Source: Ruditapes philippinarum
Lineage: Eukaryota
Reading direction: 5' to 3'
Assembly (NCBI RefSeq): GCF_026571515.1
Contig: NW_026858743.1
Coordinates: 1-64,000 of the forward strand
Length of the DNA: 64,000 nt
Shown: piece after piece, positions 50,869 through 63,329 of the stretch
How the letters are laid out: every line of letters starts with the position of its first letter
Numbering within the stretch: position 1 is the stretch's first letter
Notes under the pieces: generated by a model
Database searches by the model: none
Told to the model about the DNA's origin: nothing
What the model saw: only the letters and a program-made list of their open reading frames with translations
Made by a program: the position numbers and the translations under genes

Positions 50869-51329
50869 ACTTGTTCATCTACCAGTTATGTATTTTTATA
50901 GTAATTTATTAATTATGGAGATTGACTTTAATAAGCACCTAGTGCCTCGTCAAAATCACTCACGTGTATTATGATAGAATGGTTGTTATGTTTTGTAATG
51001 TTTTTGTTAATTCTTGACTTTTTGTTCGGCGGAATCGCGGGGCAAAAACACGAATAGTACACTTTTGCCACCATATTTAATACTTTTTTACATCACATGT
51101 CATTAATATATCATTTAAAACAAGCCGTTTTGCTATTATTACAAAACGATATGTTTCTTTATCATTGTCGCTCCATTTGATATACTCATGATTAAATACT
51201 TTGGATCCATTTGCGTTACCTGAATTACACCAAATGTGTAAATTTTAAGCAGCATTGTCGCTAAATCTATTTAATTTACATATATGAAAATTGTTTATCA
51301 TTTCAAAATCTTTTTCACACAATAATAAA

Positions 51330-51700
51330 TATTCTATTAAGCTAGCATCATTGTAATAATAGCATGCCAAAATCGTCACCTAAGCGACCTTTTGCAAATG
51401 TAAGGGCGGTAGCTTTGTACATGTCGATTAATTTATTAAAATGTGAGTTTCTCCCTTTGTCTATTAACCATCTTTGCCAGTGTGTATCAACAGATGATGT
51501 CTGGCACATATTGATCATATAATAAATAGGCATGTTTGCATGATGTCCTTGCATTAAAATCACCTGAGATTAACACCGTGACTTTTGACTTTAATTGTTC
51601 TATATCATTTTGCAAACCGTCGAACAAATCTATATCTATCAAATTTGAAAAGTTTTCTCCCGTAAATAAACTGCAGGTAATAAATGTCAGAAGAATAATT
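51330..51700 (-). mobile_element. LINE APE-endonuclease remnant
   Basis: VLISGDFNARTS motif in ORF 51487-51774. Confidence 0.65.
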
Positions 51701-53183
51701 AAAGAAATGTTTTGAAACTTGAACCACATAAACGTGTGATATATAATTTTTCTATTGAAATACCTGAGATACACAACAATAAAACCGCTATTTTTTGTAC
51801 ATTGCGATGTCTGAATTTACGATATAAATCATTATATGAAAACACTTCCAACTCTCTTTCACTTGAATTACTAGTAATAAGTAGAAATGAAAGGCAAAAA
51901 GCGAAACAAGAGTACTTAAGCTAGAATAATGTATTGAGTTGCATATCTCTATATAAATAAAGATATATTTGTATGTACATGGTCATTTTGTTCTATACAT
52001 GCGATGAACGCTGTCAAAAATCTATATTTTACACGTTCAATGACCATAGTATCAGTATGCAATTTACATGTGAATAAATCCAGGAAATATTACATTGATT
52101 TAAACCTTTACTATTTCAGATTATTGAGACAAATGTCTGAAAATGATAGATCAGATTATTTCTTTCCTCTTATAGGAAATAGGTTATTCATGAATTAATC
52201 TTAAGTCTCTTTTTTATATATAGAATCAGCATTTGCGGTATATAATAAAGCTCCGTATTGATCTGGTTCTAAAATGTTCCCGTACATAAGTCATATACGG
52301 ACTCATAAACGATCCCGTACATTTCCGTTTTTCAAATTTCCCGCATCTTATCCGCATATCAATGATACATGTATACGGGATTCCGTATACTTCCGTATAT
52401 CCATATATGTTTTGCATTGCGCGTCAGTGACATAAATACATTAATTTTCATGCCATAACAGTATACTCTTAAGTTTAAAGGGTGTCAAGCCATTTTTAAT
52501 AACATAACAAATATAATATTTTGGTGCTATTATATATAGTGTTTTAAATATTTCTTGTATGTGCCATTCGCTCTTAATGAGATAAACATTTCTTTTTCCA
52601 AAAATTTAAACTGGCTTTAATACACTTGAAGTTAAATGTATTTCAATAAATATTAGTTCATCAAGTATAAATAATGCCAATTTTATTCAGTGTAGAAACA
52701 TAATACCAGATAAAATCGTTCAACCGTTAAGATATGTAAATAAGCTATTGTGGTAGAGCTTCTTGTAACTCTTATTATAAATAAAACCCTCACAATTTAA
52801 CAGATCTATAAACTTCCTGATTTGGAAAATATGTGTTTTTTTTCAACGATTGAGGTAACATTGAATGTTTAATTCATGTCGAGTTCACGTACATCGGTGC
52901 TGGGATTTGTTGGGATAAACGATACATATTCCTTTATTTGGAAGAATGAAGTGGAGTTTAAATTTGGTACGTAGATACATTTAAAAGAATAAATTTATCT
53001 TTTATGTCGTTTTAAAAGTTAAGTTTGCATTGAATTCAACATACTTTTTCTGCATTAAATGACATGTTTTCATAGCGCGCATATGAATATAAAAGTAGTT
53101 TGAAGGTATTTGTAGATATTAAATTGTGATAAGTTGTTGACTTAACCATGACAAGTATTGTTTTCTTGCATTGTTTTTTATTA

Positions 53184-53497
53184 AGCTTATTTCAAGTCTA
53201 TTCCATCTCTGTGCACAGTTGCTAAATACTTTTAAAATCAGAATTCCGGTTAGTCGTAATCTCTATCACCACAATGTTCTCTAAATTGATAAAAAGATTT
53301 CAAGATTCCATTTCGTGAGAATTAACTAGTACATCTACATGTTAATTTAGCTTATGTCAAGTCTATTCCGTCTCTGTTCACATTTGATAAATACTTTTAA
53401 AATCAGAATTCATGGCATCGGTAAGTTGAACAATGTTCTCTATATGGATTTTTTAATTAGATTTCAAGATTGCATTACAGGAAAATTAACTAGTACA
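53184..53497. repeat. Local ~165-bp tandem duplication specific to unit B
   Basis: agcttat.tcaagtctattcc...aattaactagtaca occurs twice; single copy at ~24599-24762. Confidence 0.75.
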
Positions 53498-53700
53498 GCT
53501 TCAGCCGATAAGTCCCGTCGTACGGAACTCTCTATCGCGATATTTTGATATTATACTATATTAAATTTACAAACTGTTAATATAAAGAAAAAAATACATT
53601 TTTGATGATAACATTGTAAATTTTGATAATGGTATCCTGCATGAAAAATGGTACCAGTCATCGGTGTATAACATTTTCACCATGTCGTCCTATTTCTTGC

Positions 53701-55129
53701 AACAAGAGGGCCATGATGGCCCTGAAGTCGCTCACCTGTATGTAGGCCCCCAGAGCGGGGCCAGTTTAAATCCCAAGGCTTTTATTTGAACAAACTTTGA
53801 AGACACTCACTAGAAGATGTTCCATGCTTAATATCTAAACTCTAGCTATTTGTTTTTGTTTTTTTTTTTCAAAGAAGATTTTTAAGTTTTTGCTATACAC
53901 ATATAAGGAAAATTAATGTCCCCAGGGCTGGGCCAATTTTGATCCTAGGGCTTTTATTTGAACAAACTTTGAAGACACTAACTTGAAGATGTTTCATGCT
54001 TAATATCTAAACTCTAGCTATTTGGGTTTTTTCAAAGATTTTTTAAGTTTTTGCTATACACATAAATAAAATCAATAACCCCCGGGGCGGGGCCAATTTT
54101 GACCCAATGGCTTTTATTTGAACAAACTTTGTAGACACTCACTAGAAGATGTTTCATGTTTAGTATCTAAACTCTAGCTATTTGGGTTTTTTCTAAGAAG
54201 ATTTTTTTTTAAAGTTTTTGCAATACACATATAAGGAAAATCAATGACCCCCGGGGCAGGGCCAATTTTGACCCCAGGGTTCTTATTTGAACAAATTTGG
54301 AAGACACCCTTTAGAACATCTTTCATGCTAAATATCATAGCTCTAGCTCTTTTGGTTCTTTAAAAGAAGATTTTTTAAGTTTTTACTAAATGCATATAGG
54401 GAAAATCAATGACCCCCTGGGGCGGGGCCAATTTTGACCCCAGGGCTTTTATTTGAACAAACTTGATAGACACTCATTAGAAGATGTTTCATGCTAAATT
54501 TCTTAGCTCTAGCTCTTTGGGTTCTTTAAAAGAAGATTTTATAAGTTTTTACTATATGCATATAGGGAAAATCAATGACCCCCTGGGGCCGGGCCAATTT
54601 TGACCCCAGGGCTTTAATTTGAACAAACTTGGTAGATACCCATTAGAAGATGTTTCATGCTAAATATCTTAGCTCTTGCTTTATGGGTTCTTTAAGAGAA
54701 GATTTTTTAAGTTTTTACTATATGCATATAAGGAAATTCAATGACCCCCGGGGCGGGGCCAATTTTGACCCCAGGGCTTTTATTTGAACCAACTTGATAG
54801 ACACTCACTAAAAGATGTTTCATGCCAAATATCTAAGCTCTACCTCTTTGGATCTTTTAAAAGAAGATATTTTAAGTTTTTTCTATCGGTTGCCATGGCA
54901 ACCAGAGTTCTTCATGGAATGGAATTCTTTGAACAACTTTGTTAAGGCTGCACACAAGGAACATCCCTGTGAAGTTTCATTATGATCTGCCTTGTGGTTT
55001 CAGAGAAGATGTCGTTTTAAAAGTGTGAACGGACAACGGACGACGTACGACGGACGACGAACGACAGACGACGGACGATGAGTGATCCTAATAGTTCACC
55101 CTGAGCATATGCTCAGGTGAGCTAAAAAA
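53701..55129 (-). mobile_element. Complete HINE (non-autonomous Helentron) with ~7 x ~166-bp tandem array
   Basis: Hairpin GGGCCATGATGGCCC (53708-53722), subTIRs GCTCACCTG / CAGGTGAGC, terminal inverted repeat, GGAC/GAC microsatellite, no TSD; empty site at ~24978. Confidence 0.88.
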
Positions 55130-57719
55130 GATATTCCGTTTAGTTAAGCTAAACGCTATAAGCGTATTACTTCAGATTATGAAGTTGCAATTTCCCCTTT
55201 ATTTACTACTATTGTGTATCAAATAACCACTGTCTCTCCTGCTGTATCTCTTATACAAGTAATTATCCCATTTATTTATGTACAATTTTTAAAATGAAAA
55301 AAATGCATTTTGTCATATTAAATTGTAGATCTATAAAATTAATGCATATAAAATGTAAACAGTATTTTAGTGTTATCTTGATTTAATATCTAATAATCAC
55401 AAGTCTTTAATCCTTGTAATTGGTTATTAGCTATCCTTCTGCATAAATACAAGTTTTATGTACTTTAAACCCTGTATATCATAATATCATTAATAAGTGA
55501 AAATTTAACATAAATGGAAATTTGGTCCAAGGGAGGTAATGTGATAATGTGATTGACTCGATCCAACCTTCACGATGATAAATGTCAATGACCAGATGTG
55601 ACCGAAGTCTAATATATGATTAAGGCAATTATTGTATACCCAAGCTACATGATATGTCATTCTCATAATTTATCTTGATGTTTTACTCTTAAATCTATGA
55701 TATATGTGCCAAATATTGTCTTTTATTCTATTGTCACACAGTAATTTTTTTCAGTACGAAGTTGTGTCTGTTAAATATTAAAAATATTCAACTAAGACAA
55801 CTCAGATTTTTGGCTTATCAAATTCGTTTAAATTAATAAAGACATATGAATGCATAAAATAACATATTAATGTTACATTGACTTCTAAAATCATTTGACC
55901 AGTTTTTTCATAACAAAGATCTTTTAATGTTTTGTAATTTGCCAATCTGTTTAAAATTCTTACGAATGGTTCAGTATTTTGAATCATTCAGTCTCTGGCA
56001 GCTGAATTCTTGTACTGAGGATTTGTATTCAACTGTTTACTTACTATCAAATAAATTTAGATATTATATGAGATAATACATGTAACACGAAACATAAGAA
56101 CGATTGAAAAGATTCATTTATGCTCACTTTGAATGCAAGTACATGTACACGTTTTTTTTTCGCGTGTTTCACTTTCTCGGTTATATCTCATGGCCACGAT
56201 ATAGGACAAGAAAAAAAATCGAAATGTCCCCTGTATGCTTCCGTATTTACTTGTTGCCTTCCTTCTTAGTGCTACTTAGCGATTTAAGAGAATTTGACCA
56301 TATTTAATTATAGTGAAAGTGACATTATGCTCATATGTTCAAAATGAACTTAACTGACTATATATTTCAAAATATTGACTGTTAAAATGTTGATTGACCA
56401 ACCCTTCGTATTGGAAATTTGTCTGGATAAAATTAAAATCTGCCTTGAATATAAAAAGACAACCACACCCTTTTGAACTGAACGTTACATGTTTATACTA
56501 TTGGATATTTACGAAACAAAGTGTTTGAATGCATTGTTAATGTGATATAATTGCTTATATTGAAAGGAATTATGGCAAAATGAAAAGTTATTTTGACTTT
56601 CACCTGTTCACTCATTTATACACTTGGATGGGCAAAATGTCCCTTTAAGATTATGATAATAGTATTTTAATAATCAGCGTCATAGTATTCTTTAAATATT
56701 TTAAAGATTCAATATTCAGGTTGTTTAAAAAACATATATATAACAGATATATAATTAATTAGACACTTGGAGTGAGTGACTTCCTTACTGTTTACGCATT
56801 TGTATACACCGCTGTTAAATTTAAGTCAGAATAATTTTGCATATTATTACCGGTGTCTCGTAATAATCACACGGGCATAATATTACCACGGTTTGTACAT
56901 GTTTTTTAAAATTGCCTGCGACTTTGTTTAATAACAAAGCACTTTGAAAATTAGTATAAATCTTCAGAATAGAACTGTTATTTCAGTGCATGTGATTGAA
57001 TATTCTGACAGTATTTATTTTCTTTAGAATATATGCGTGAAATTGAGCTAAATCGCCAAATTTTGCATCTTTCATAGGGCATTTTGAAGAAACCTGCAAG
57101 GTTCTAAAAGTATTAAATTCATGGAAATAAATGCTTTTTAAACTTGCCAGGGGTGTTAAACTTTCTTTCTTGTCCATTGTTTTATTTCTAAATGGGCTAG
57201 AACTAATCTTAAGCTGTAGTTGAATATGGCCAATTTTTCCGATAACTAGGCCAAATTACCCGAAAATTTTGCCCAGAAGGGTACTACAAATGTTAAACTT
57301 GTCATTCATAACCATACACGTTTATTCTAAAGAATCAAGGTCCAATAACTTGTCCCATACTTCAATATTAACAATTCAATGATTGTTTGTAATCAACATT
57401 TGCCATAAATATAAATAACAGATTTTAAAGCGGCATGTATCCTTCGGCCGTTTTTCAAAATGGCGGACAAATCCTGTTGAGATGTGATCTATGTAATTTC
57501 TTTTAACTAATTAAGTACGTATGCGTCATTAGATTACATTAACTTTGATATCAAAAAATGTAACAATGTTTCAAAACTTTTTCTCAACTCAACAGATCAT
57601 TTAGACAAAAATGACAATTGAAATTAACAATAGAACTCCACTTTTGCATTTAAGTGCTGCCATATATTGCCAAACTATGGTGTCTGGTTACTGCTATTTC
57701 GTTATTTTGTTTGGTTGTG

Positions 57720-58113
57720 TGTCGCAGGGTGAGAAAAATGTGCAGCCTGACCGGTACTCGAACCTGAGACCTTCAGAATACTTTATTGCGGCTCGACCGA
57801 CAGCTATCCGGCCGCTCTCACACCTTCTCCCCTAATAAGTGAACACTTCTGAACCGTGACAGTCCCCTGCTATATTGAAATTCATCCTTGAATTTCACAG
57901 AGTTACAGAGCAATGTAATTTAAACTCTGAATTATATCCAGTCACAATCCCCAGTTGGGCACCAAAAGTCACAGGGTGAGAAAAATATGTGAAGACTGAC
58001 TGGGACGCGAACTCTCAACCCTCAGAATACCGTACCGCAGCTCTACCAACTGAGCTATCTGGCGGCTTACACAGTGTACCCCCATAAAAAGTTAACAGTT
58101 CTGAACCATGACA
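57720..58113 (-). mobile_element. Complete TRIM with tRNA-like sequence in its LTRs (Helenus-type)
   Basis: LTRs 57720-57861 and 57967-58113 (TGTC..GACA ends, one mutated), PBS 57949-57964, PPT 57862-57876, TSD TGTG, A/B boxes inside the LTRs. Confidence 0.82.
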
Positions 58114-58164
58114 TGTGGTTGTTACAAGTAGCAAAAACATGAAAGAGTGTCAGAATGAGAAACA

Positions 58165-58490
58165 TTTATTTTTTATTTTGTCGCACTTTTTTACCTTTTG
58201 TCAGTATTTTGTGAATGGGCCCTTCAACCGCGACAACACAAATAAAAAAATGAGGGAGGGGAGACAATTTTTTTCCATGCGACAATAAAGAATTCATTTT
58301 GTTGCCCCATATTTAGCGTACAACCGCCTTAAATTTGGCGTTTTATCATACTTCCACCTGTGCGTCCCACCGATGCCACTCTCTATTTTATTTCATTTAT
58401 TTTGTTTTGTCGCAGTCAAGGGGGTGTACAGGAAATAATGACAAAAAAGATGGAAATTAAAGTAAAGAAAACAACAAAACAAAAATAAAT
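58165..58490. mobile_element. Degenerate fold-back MITE between or within TRIM copies
   Basis: Imperfect inverted arms (ttttgtca..ccgcgacaacacaaataaa / tttattttgttttgtcgcag..tgacaaaa). Confidence 0.45.
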
Positions 58491-58492
58491 AT

Positions 58493-58855
58493 TGTGCAGC
58501 CTGATCGGGACACAAACCTAGGACCCTCGGAATACCATACCGCGGCTCTACCGACTGAGCTATGCGGCCTCTTATACATTTTCTCCCCTAAATAGTAAAG
58601 TTCTTAAGCTTGAGATACTTTCCTGCTATATTGAAAATTCATCCTCAAATTTCACAGGTTACAAAGCAATGTGAATTTAACTCTGAGCTATATTCAGTCA
58701 CAGCCCCAAGTTGGGCTCCAAATGTCACAGGGTGAGAAGAATGTGCAGCCTGACCGGGACTCGAACCCGTGGACCCTCAGAATAGGTCCGTACCACAGCT
58801 CTTACCGGCTGAGCTATCCAGGGGCTTACACATCTTCTCCCCCTGAACCGCGACA
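58493..58855 (-). mobile_element. Second Helenus-type TRIM
   Basis: LTR 58723-58855, PBS 58703-58720 (reverse TGGAGCCCAACTTGGGGC), same ~105-bp internal region, truncated other LTR 58493-58617. Confidence 0.78.
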
Positions 58856-60439
58856 CATAAATATAATATTACATCCAGGACTTGCCTTTTTTTTAAAAAA
58901 AAGTTAATAAAAGGTAAAGGGGAAAGGTCTTGTTTATTATGGTGTCACCTCTACTGAAAGGGCCAGCCATTTCTGTATTATGAGACACCTTTTGCTTGCA
59001 TACCAAGTACCTCCAAACTCAAGTCATTAAAATTAATAATGTCTTATGAAGAAACCTAATAACACTAGAAATTAAAAAGTCATTTTAAAACGTTCTCTCT
59101 TAATATATGTGTTGATGTTTAGAAATTTACCAAGTTATTTAAATAAATAAATTTATTAATTCATTCATCTGTGGGTATTCTTTTCTGATTTAAAATCCCA
59201 TGAATGGTTCAGTTTATATTTTGAATCATTTACCCACAGGAAGAATAATGTCTCTGACTGATAAATACTTGCACTCAACTTTTTTTCTTATCAACAAACC
59301 AATTTAGATATTTACATTGGAAATATGACTCTCATCACCTACAGGCCAGTTGATTTATTTTCAATATGTTATTGGTGTTGGTTGATCAGTTTTCAAGCAT
59401 CATGGCTTTGATTTGGCATAAATAGTATTTTAATTTCCCCTGAAAGCACAAATATTACTTTATTTAGAAGCCTGAAGATCTTTATGATGAAATCTTAACT
59501 GATAACCTAGGTTTAAAAGAATAAATATAAAATTCCTAGCCGCAACAACTAGAAAAACCAAATTTAAGGTATATAAAGCCAGTCAAAAAATAATATTTCT
59601 ATCCATATATTCATCATTCCTGGGCCTCCATCTGTTTGATAAACTTCTTCAAATTGTAAATCTTTCGTTTAGGGCACATGCATTTTTTTTACTTGGGGAC
59701 CATATGCCGCTTTTCATGGAATGGCAGTTACGTGCCACTTTGAAGGTTCCATGATAACCGCCATATGAACACATCTGCGGATGTTTTAAAATTCTAAATT
59801 TTACCAGTTCATGTTAAATGTTGAATTCTGCTTAAGCCGGTGCTAGGGGGCGTGGATGGTAGTTTGCACTTAATAGTACCGTCCATGAACAGGCTCAATC
59901 AAACCGAGCCTGCAACATTTTCAATTTTGCCGTGTTGGGCTTTCTATCTCTATTTCATCTTATTCTATTCAATACACAAATGTATATAAATATTAAAATA
60001 TATATTTTTATGTTTATATACAGCTAGAATAGTCTGTAATGACTAAGATAAGAACAAACAATTTAGTAAACATGAGTTACATCCTTTAAAATGAAGAAAA
60101 AACTGAAACCCTAAAGAAATTTTCATGAACAGCAAAATTATAAACATTTGACTTATTTTGGCAGATAAACCAAATAACATATTTTGAATCTTAAATCTAT
60201 AAACAGTTATAATTAAAGGTTTTGTTTGTTTTTATAAAATGCTGCAGGCTTAGTTTGATCAGGCCAATTAGAATGTAGTGGTGATAATTATTGGTAAAAA
60301 ATTAATCAAATGTTTAAATTATATCTATTTCAAGGGATATTCTTCTGATCTGATTTACTTTTAATAATGGTTCATTATCAATTCAAATGTTTTTTTGATT
60401 TCTATGCCCATGCATTATGTAAATAATAGATTAATGACA

Positions 60440-61035
60440 TGCCAGCTAGATAGCTCAGTAAGTACAGCCCACATACATGTATAATATTCTGAGGATCCCA
60501 GGTTCGACTCCGGTCAAACACATATATAATATTCAAAGGATCCCTGGTTCGATTCCGGTCAAGCAGCATATTTTTCTTACCTTGTGATATTTGGTGCCAA
60601 ATTTGATATATATAGCTTATAAGAAGTATACTCTGTTATTTATGAAATGAAGAAATGTGAAAACATTTCAATATGGTAGGGATGTCACACTGTATAAACT
60701 GATCAATAACAAACCTTATATCTCAGTTGGTACCTAGAGCTGTGGAATGGTATTCAATGCATGTCAGGTCTGAGCTCCAGTCAGGCCACATATTTTCACC
60801 CTGTTACTTTTAGGGTCCAATATGAAGCTATGACGATATACATAACTCCAAGTCAATTCACTTTGTCACTTAAGTGTTCCAATGAATAGTACAAATTTAA
60901 ATATAGTGGGGTTATGTCAATGAATAGATGAGAGAAAATGTTTAAGCTCACTCACAGTAGACAAAGGGTTCACTGATTTTTGGTAGTGCTGAGGTATGGT
61001 ACATGTATTCTGAGGGTCTCTGGTTTAATCTCCCA
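60440..61035 (+). mobile_element. Degenerate tandem (three-LTR) Helenus-type TRIM
   Basis: tRNA-like head, LTR end, TGGTGCC PBS remnant (~60592), PPT+TGTCAC (~60683), second PPT+TGTCA (~60915). Confidence 0.55.
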
Positions 61036-61234
61036 CACTCCTCCCCACCTAGCTCCAATGAGGTCCACAAGGTTGACAATACCATTTATCTTACCTCATA
61101 TTGTTTGATTACATCATTAATCGTACCTCTTATTGTTTGATTACAGCTTGGAATGAAACATAAAAAGCTTTTATTCAATTTCATAAGGCTTCAGTTGACA
61201 CATCAACAATGTAATTGTCATCTTATTGTTTTGA

Positions 61235-62150
61235 AAATGTGTTGGTCTGCCGGTCTGATGAATGTAGATGCTGCGGTGGCATTTAGCGATTCACTTAAGT
61301 GTGGGTGCGTGCAAACGCGTGTGTGCGTACGCATGTGTGTTGGTGTTTTATAGCTTATACAGCGAACTTAAAACATCTTCTTGCGAAACACATCTTGTCC
61401 AATTTCAACCAAACTTAGCAGAATTGTTCCATGGGTGAAGGGCTTGCAAAGTTGTTCAAAGAATTCCATTAGACATAGAGCATAGATATTTTGTATAAGG
61501 CATTATCTGGTAGACCTTCACCAAGAGTGTTTACATTTTACCCTGGGGTCAAAATTAGTCCCACCCTGGAGGTCATAGGTTTTCCCTTATTTGTATGTAA
61601 AATACACTTGAAATTTTCTCCTCTGAACTGACAAAGGCTAGAGGTTAGATATTTGCCAGGAAACATTTTGTAGTGAAACTCTACCAAGATTGTTCAATCT
61701 TTAGCACTAGATTCAAAATTGGCATCGCCCCTGGGGTCATATATATATATAGGGTTTTGTTATATGTATATAGTAAAGTCTTTTTAAAAATTCTCTTGTC
61801 TGAAGGTTTTAGGCTTACAGCTTAGATACTTGGTATATAATATCATCAGCAGGTCCTCTATCAAAATTGTTCAAATTTTGGCACTAGTGAATAGCTTAGA
61901 TACTTGGTATATAATATCATCAGCAGGTCCTCTATCAAAGTTGTTCAAATTTTGGCACTAGTGAATTGGCCCCAGGGTGTCAGGTTTTCCTGATATGTAT
62001 ATATAGTAAAAGCTTAAAGAATCTCTCCTCTTAATATACAAAAGCTAGACGTTAGATATTTGGCATGAAAACTTCACTTGTGTGGTAGTCATAATTGCCT
62101 CCGCCAGATGGTCATAGGTTTTCCTTATATGTATATAGCGTGCATTTTTC
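61235..62150 (+). mobile_element. Degenerate HINE with array related to 53701-55129; includes a 74-bp tandem duplication at 61819-61966
   Basis: GCGT microsatellite, CCCTGGGGTCAAAATT units, ttgttcaaa motifs. Confidence 0.6.
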
Positions 62151-62206
62151 CAGTGTGTGTGTTTGGCATGTAACCTTTAGTCTTGCTGGATTATTCAATT
62201 TCGCAT

Positions 62207-63329
62207 TTTTGTGCCCCCACTATAAGGGAGCATTTAGATTTACCCTTGTCCGTCCGTCCGTCCGTCCATCCGTTCTCTTTTTGTGTCGCACGTAGCTCAA
62301 GAAGTAATTGACCTAGAGTCATGAAACCTTACAGGAATGTTAATCAGCATGTGTAGTTGTGCACCTGGGTATCTTCGTGTGGATATTTTTAGTATTATTT
62401 TAGAGTAATTGCCCTTGACTTAGTGAAAACTTGCAATTTTCAACTTGTGTCAAACGTAACTAAAAAAGTATTTGACATAAAGTCATGAAACCTTACAAGA
62501 ATGTTGCTCAGCATGTGTAGTTGTGCACATGGGTATTGCCCTTGACTCAGTAAAAAATTCCAACTTGTGTCGCACGTAACGGAAAAAATATTTGACCTAG
62601 TGTCATAAATCCTTACAGGAATGTTGATCAGCATGTGTTGTTGTGCACCTGGGTATTTTCGTGTGGATATTTTTAGTTTTGAAGAGTTATTGCCCTTGAC
62701 TTAGTGACAATTTCCAATTTTCAACTTGTTTCGCACATAACTAAAAAAGTATTTGACCTAGAGTCACGAAACCTTACAAGAATTTTGCTCAGCATGTGTA
62801 GTTGTGCACCTGGGTATTTTTGTGTGGATATATTTAGTATTTTTAGAGTTATTGCCCTTGACGTAGTAAAAATTTGCAATTTTCAACTTGTGTAGCACGT
62901 AACTCAAAACATATTTGACCTACAGCCATGAAACCTTACAGGAATGTTGATTAGCATGTGTTGTTGTGCACCTGGGTATTTTTGTGTGGATATGTTTAGT
63001 ATGTTTAGAGTTATTGCCCTTGACTTAGTAAAAATGTACAATAGTTAACTTGTTTTGCATGTAACTCAAAAAGTATTTGACCTGTAGGCCTGAAAGTTTA
63101 CAAGAATGTTGGTCAGCATGTGTACTTATGCACCTTGGGGTTTTCTTGTGGATTTATTCAGTATTCGTAGTATTTGCCCTCTACTAAATAAAATATTTTT
63201 AGTTTTTCAACTTAAAAGTAGTAGTAGTAAAAGTAGCCAAAAACAATATTTCACCTGGAGACATAAGAATAAGATTGACAAATCGTTGGAGTATGGGGGC
63301 ACCAGTGTCCTATGGACACATTTCTAGTT
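62207..63329 (+). mobile_element. Complete HINE with ~6 x ~162-bp tandem array
   Basis: TTTT-GTGCCCCC subTIR, (GTCC)n at 62248-62272, tandem units, GGGGGCAC subTIR (63295-63302), hairpin GTGTCC-TAT-GGACAC, CTAG-TT end. Confidence 0.85.

Larger units (their letters stand above)
34850..56853 (+). repeat. Segmental duplication unit paralogous to 1-26922
   Basis: Alignable blocks: 1-3820/34850-39235, 4225-6490/39800-42290, 18180-21220/42380-44000, 6265-7220/44295-45190, 23160-26922/52220-56853. Confidence 0.92.

Noticed and set aside
53750-54900. Regular repeats here, at 29.1-29.8 kb and at 62.3-63.2 kb as CRISPR arrays
   Set aside because: The units are contiguous 160-180 bp monomers without unique spacers, inside HINE termini, in eukaryotic DNA.
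57720-61035. tRNA gene cluster
   Set aside because: A/B boxes are present but I see no consistent acceptor stem or anticodon arm; the context is LTR/PBS/PPT.
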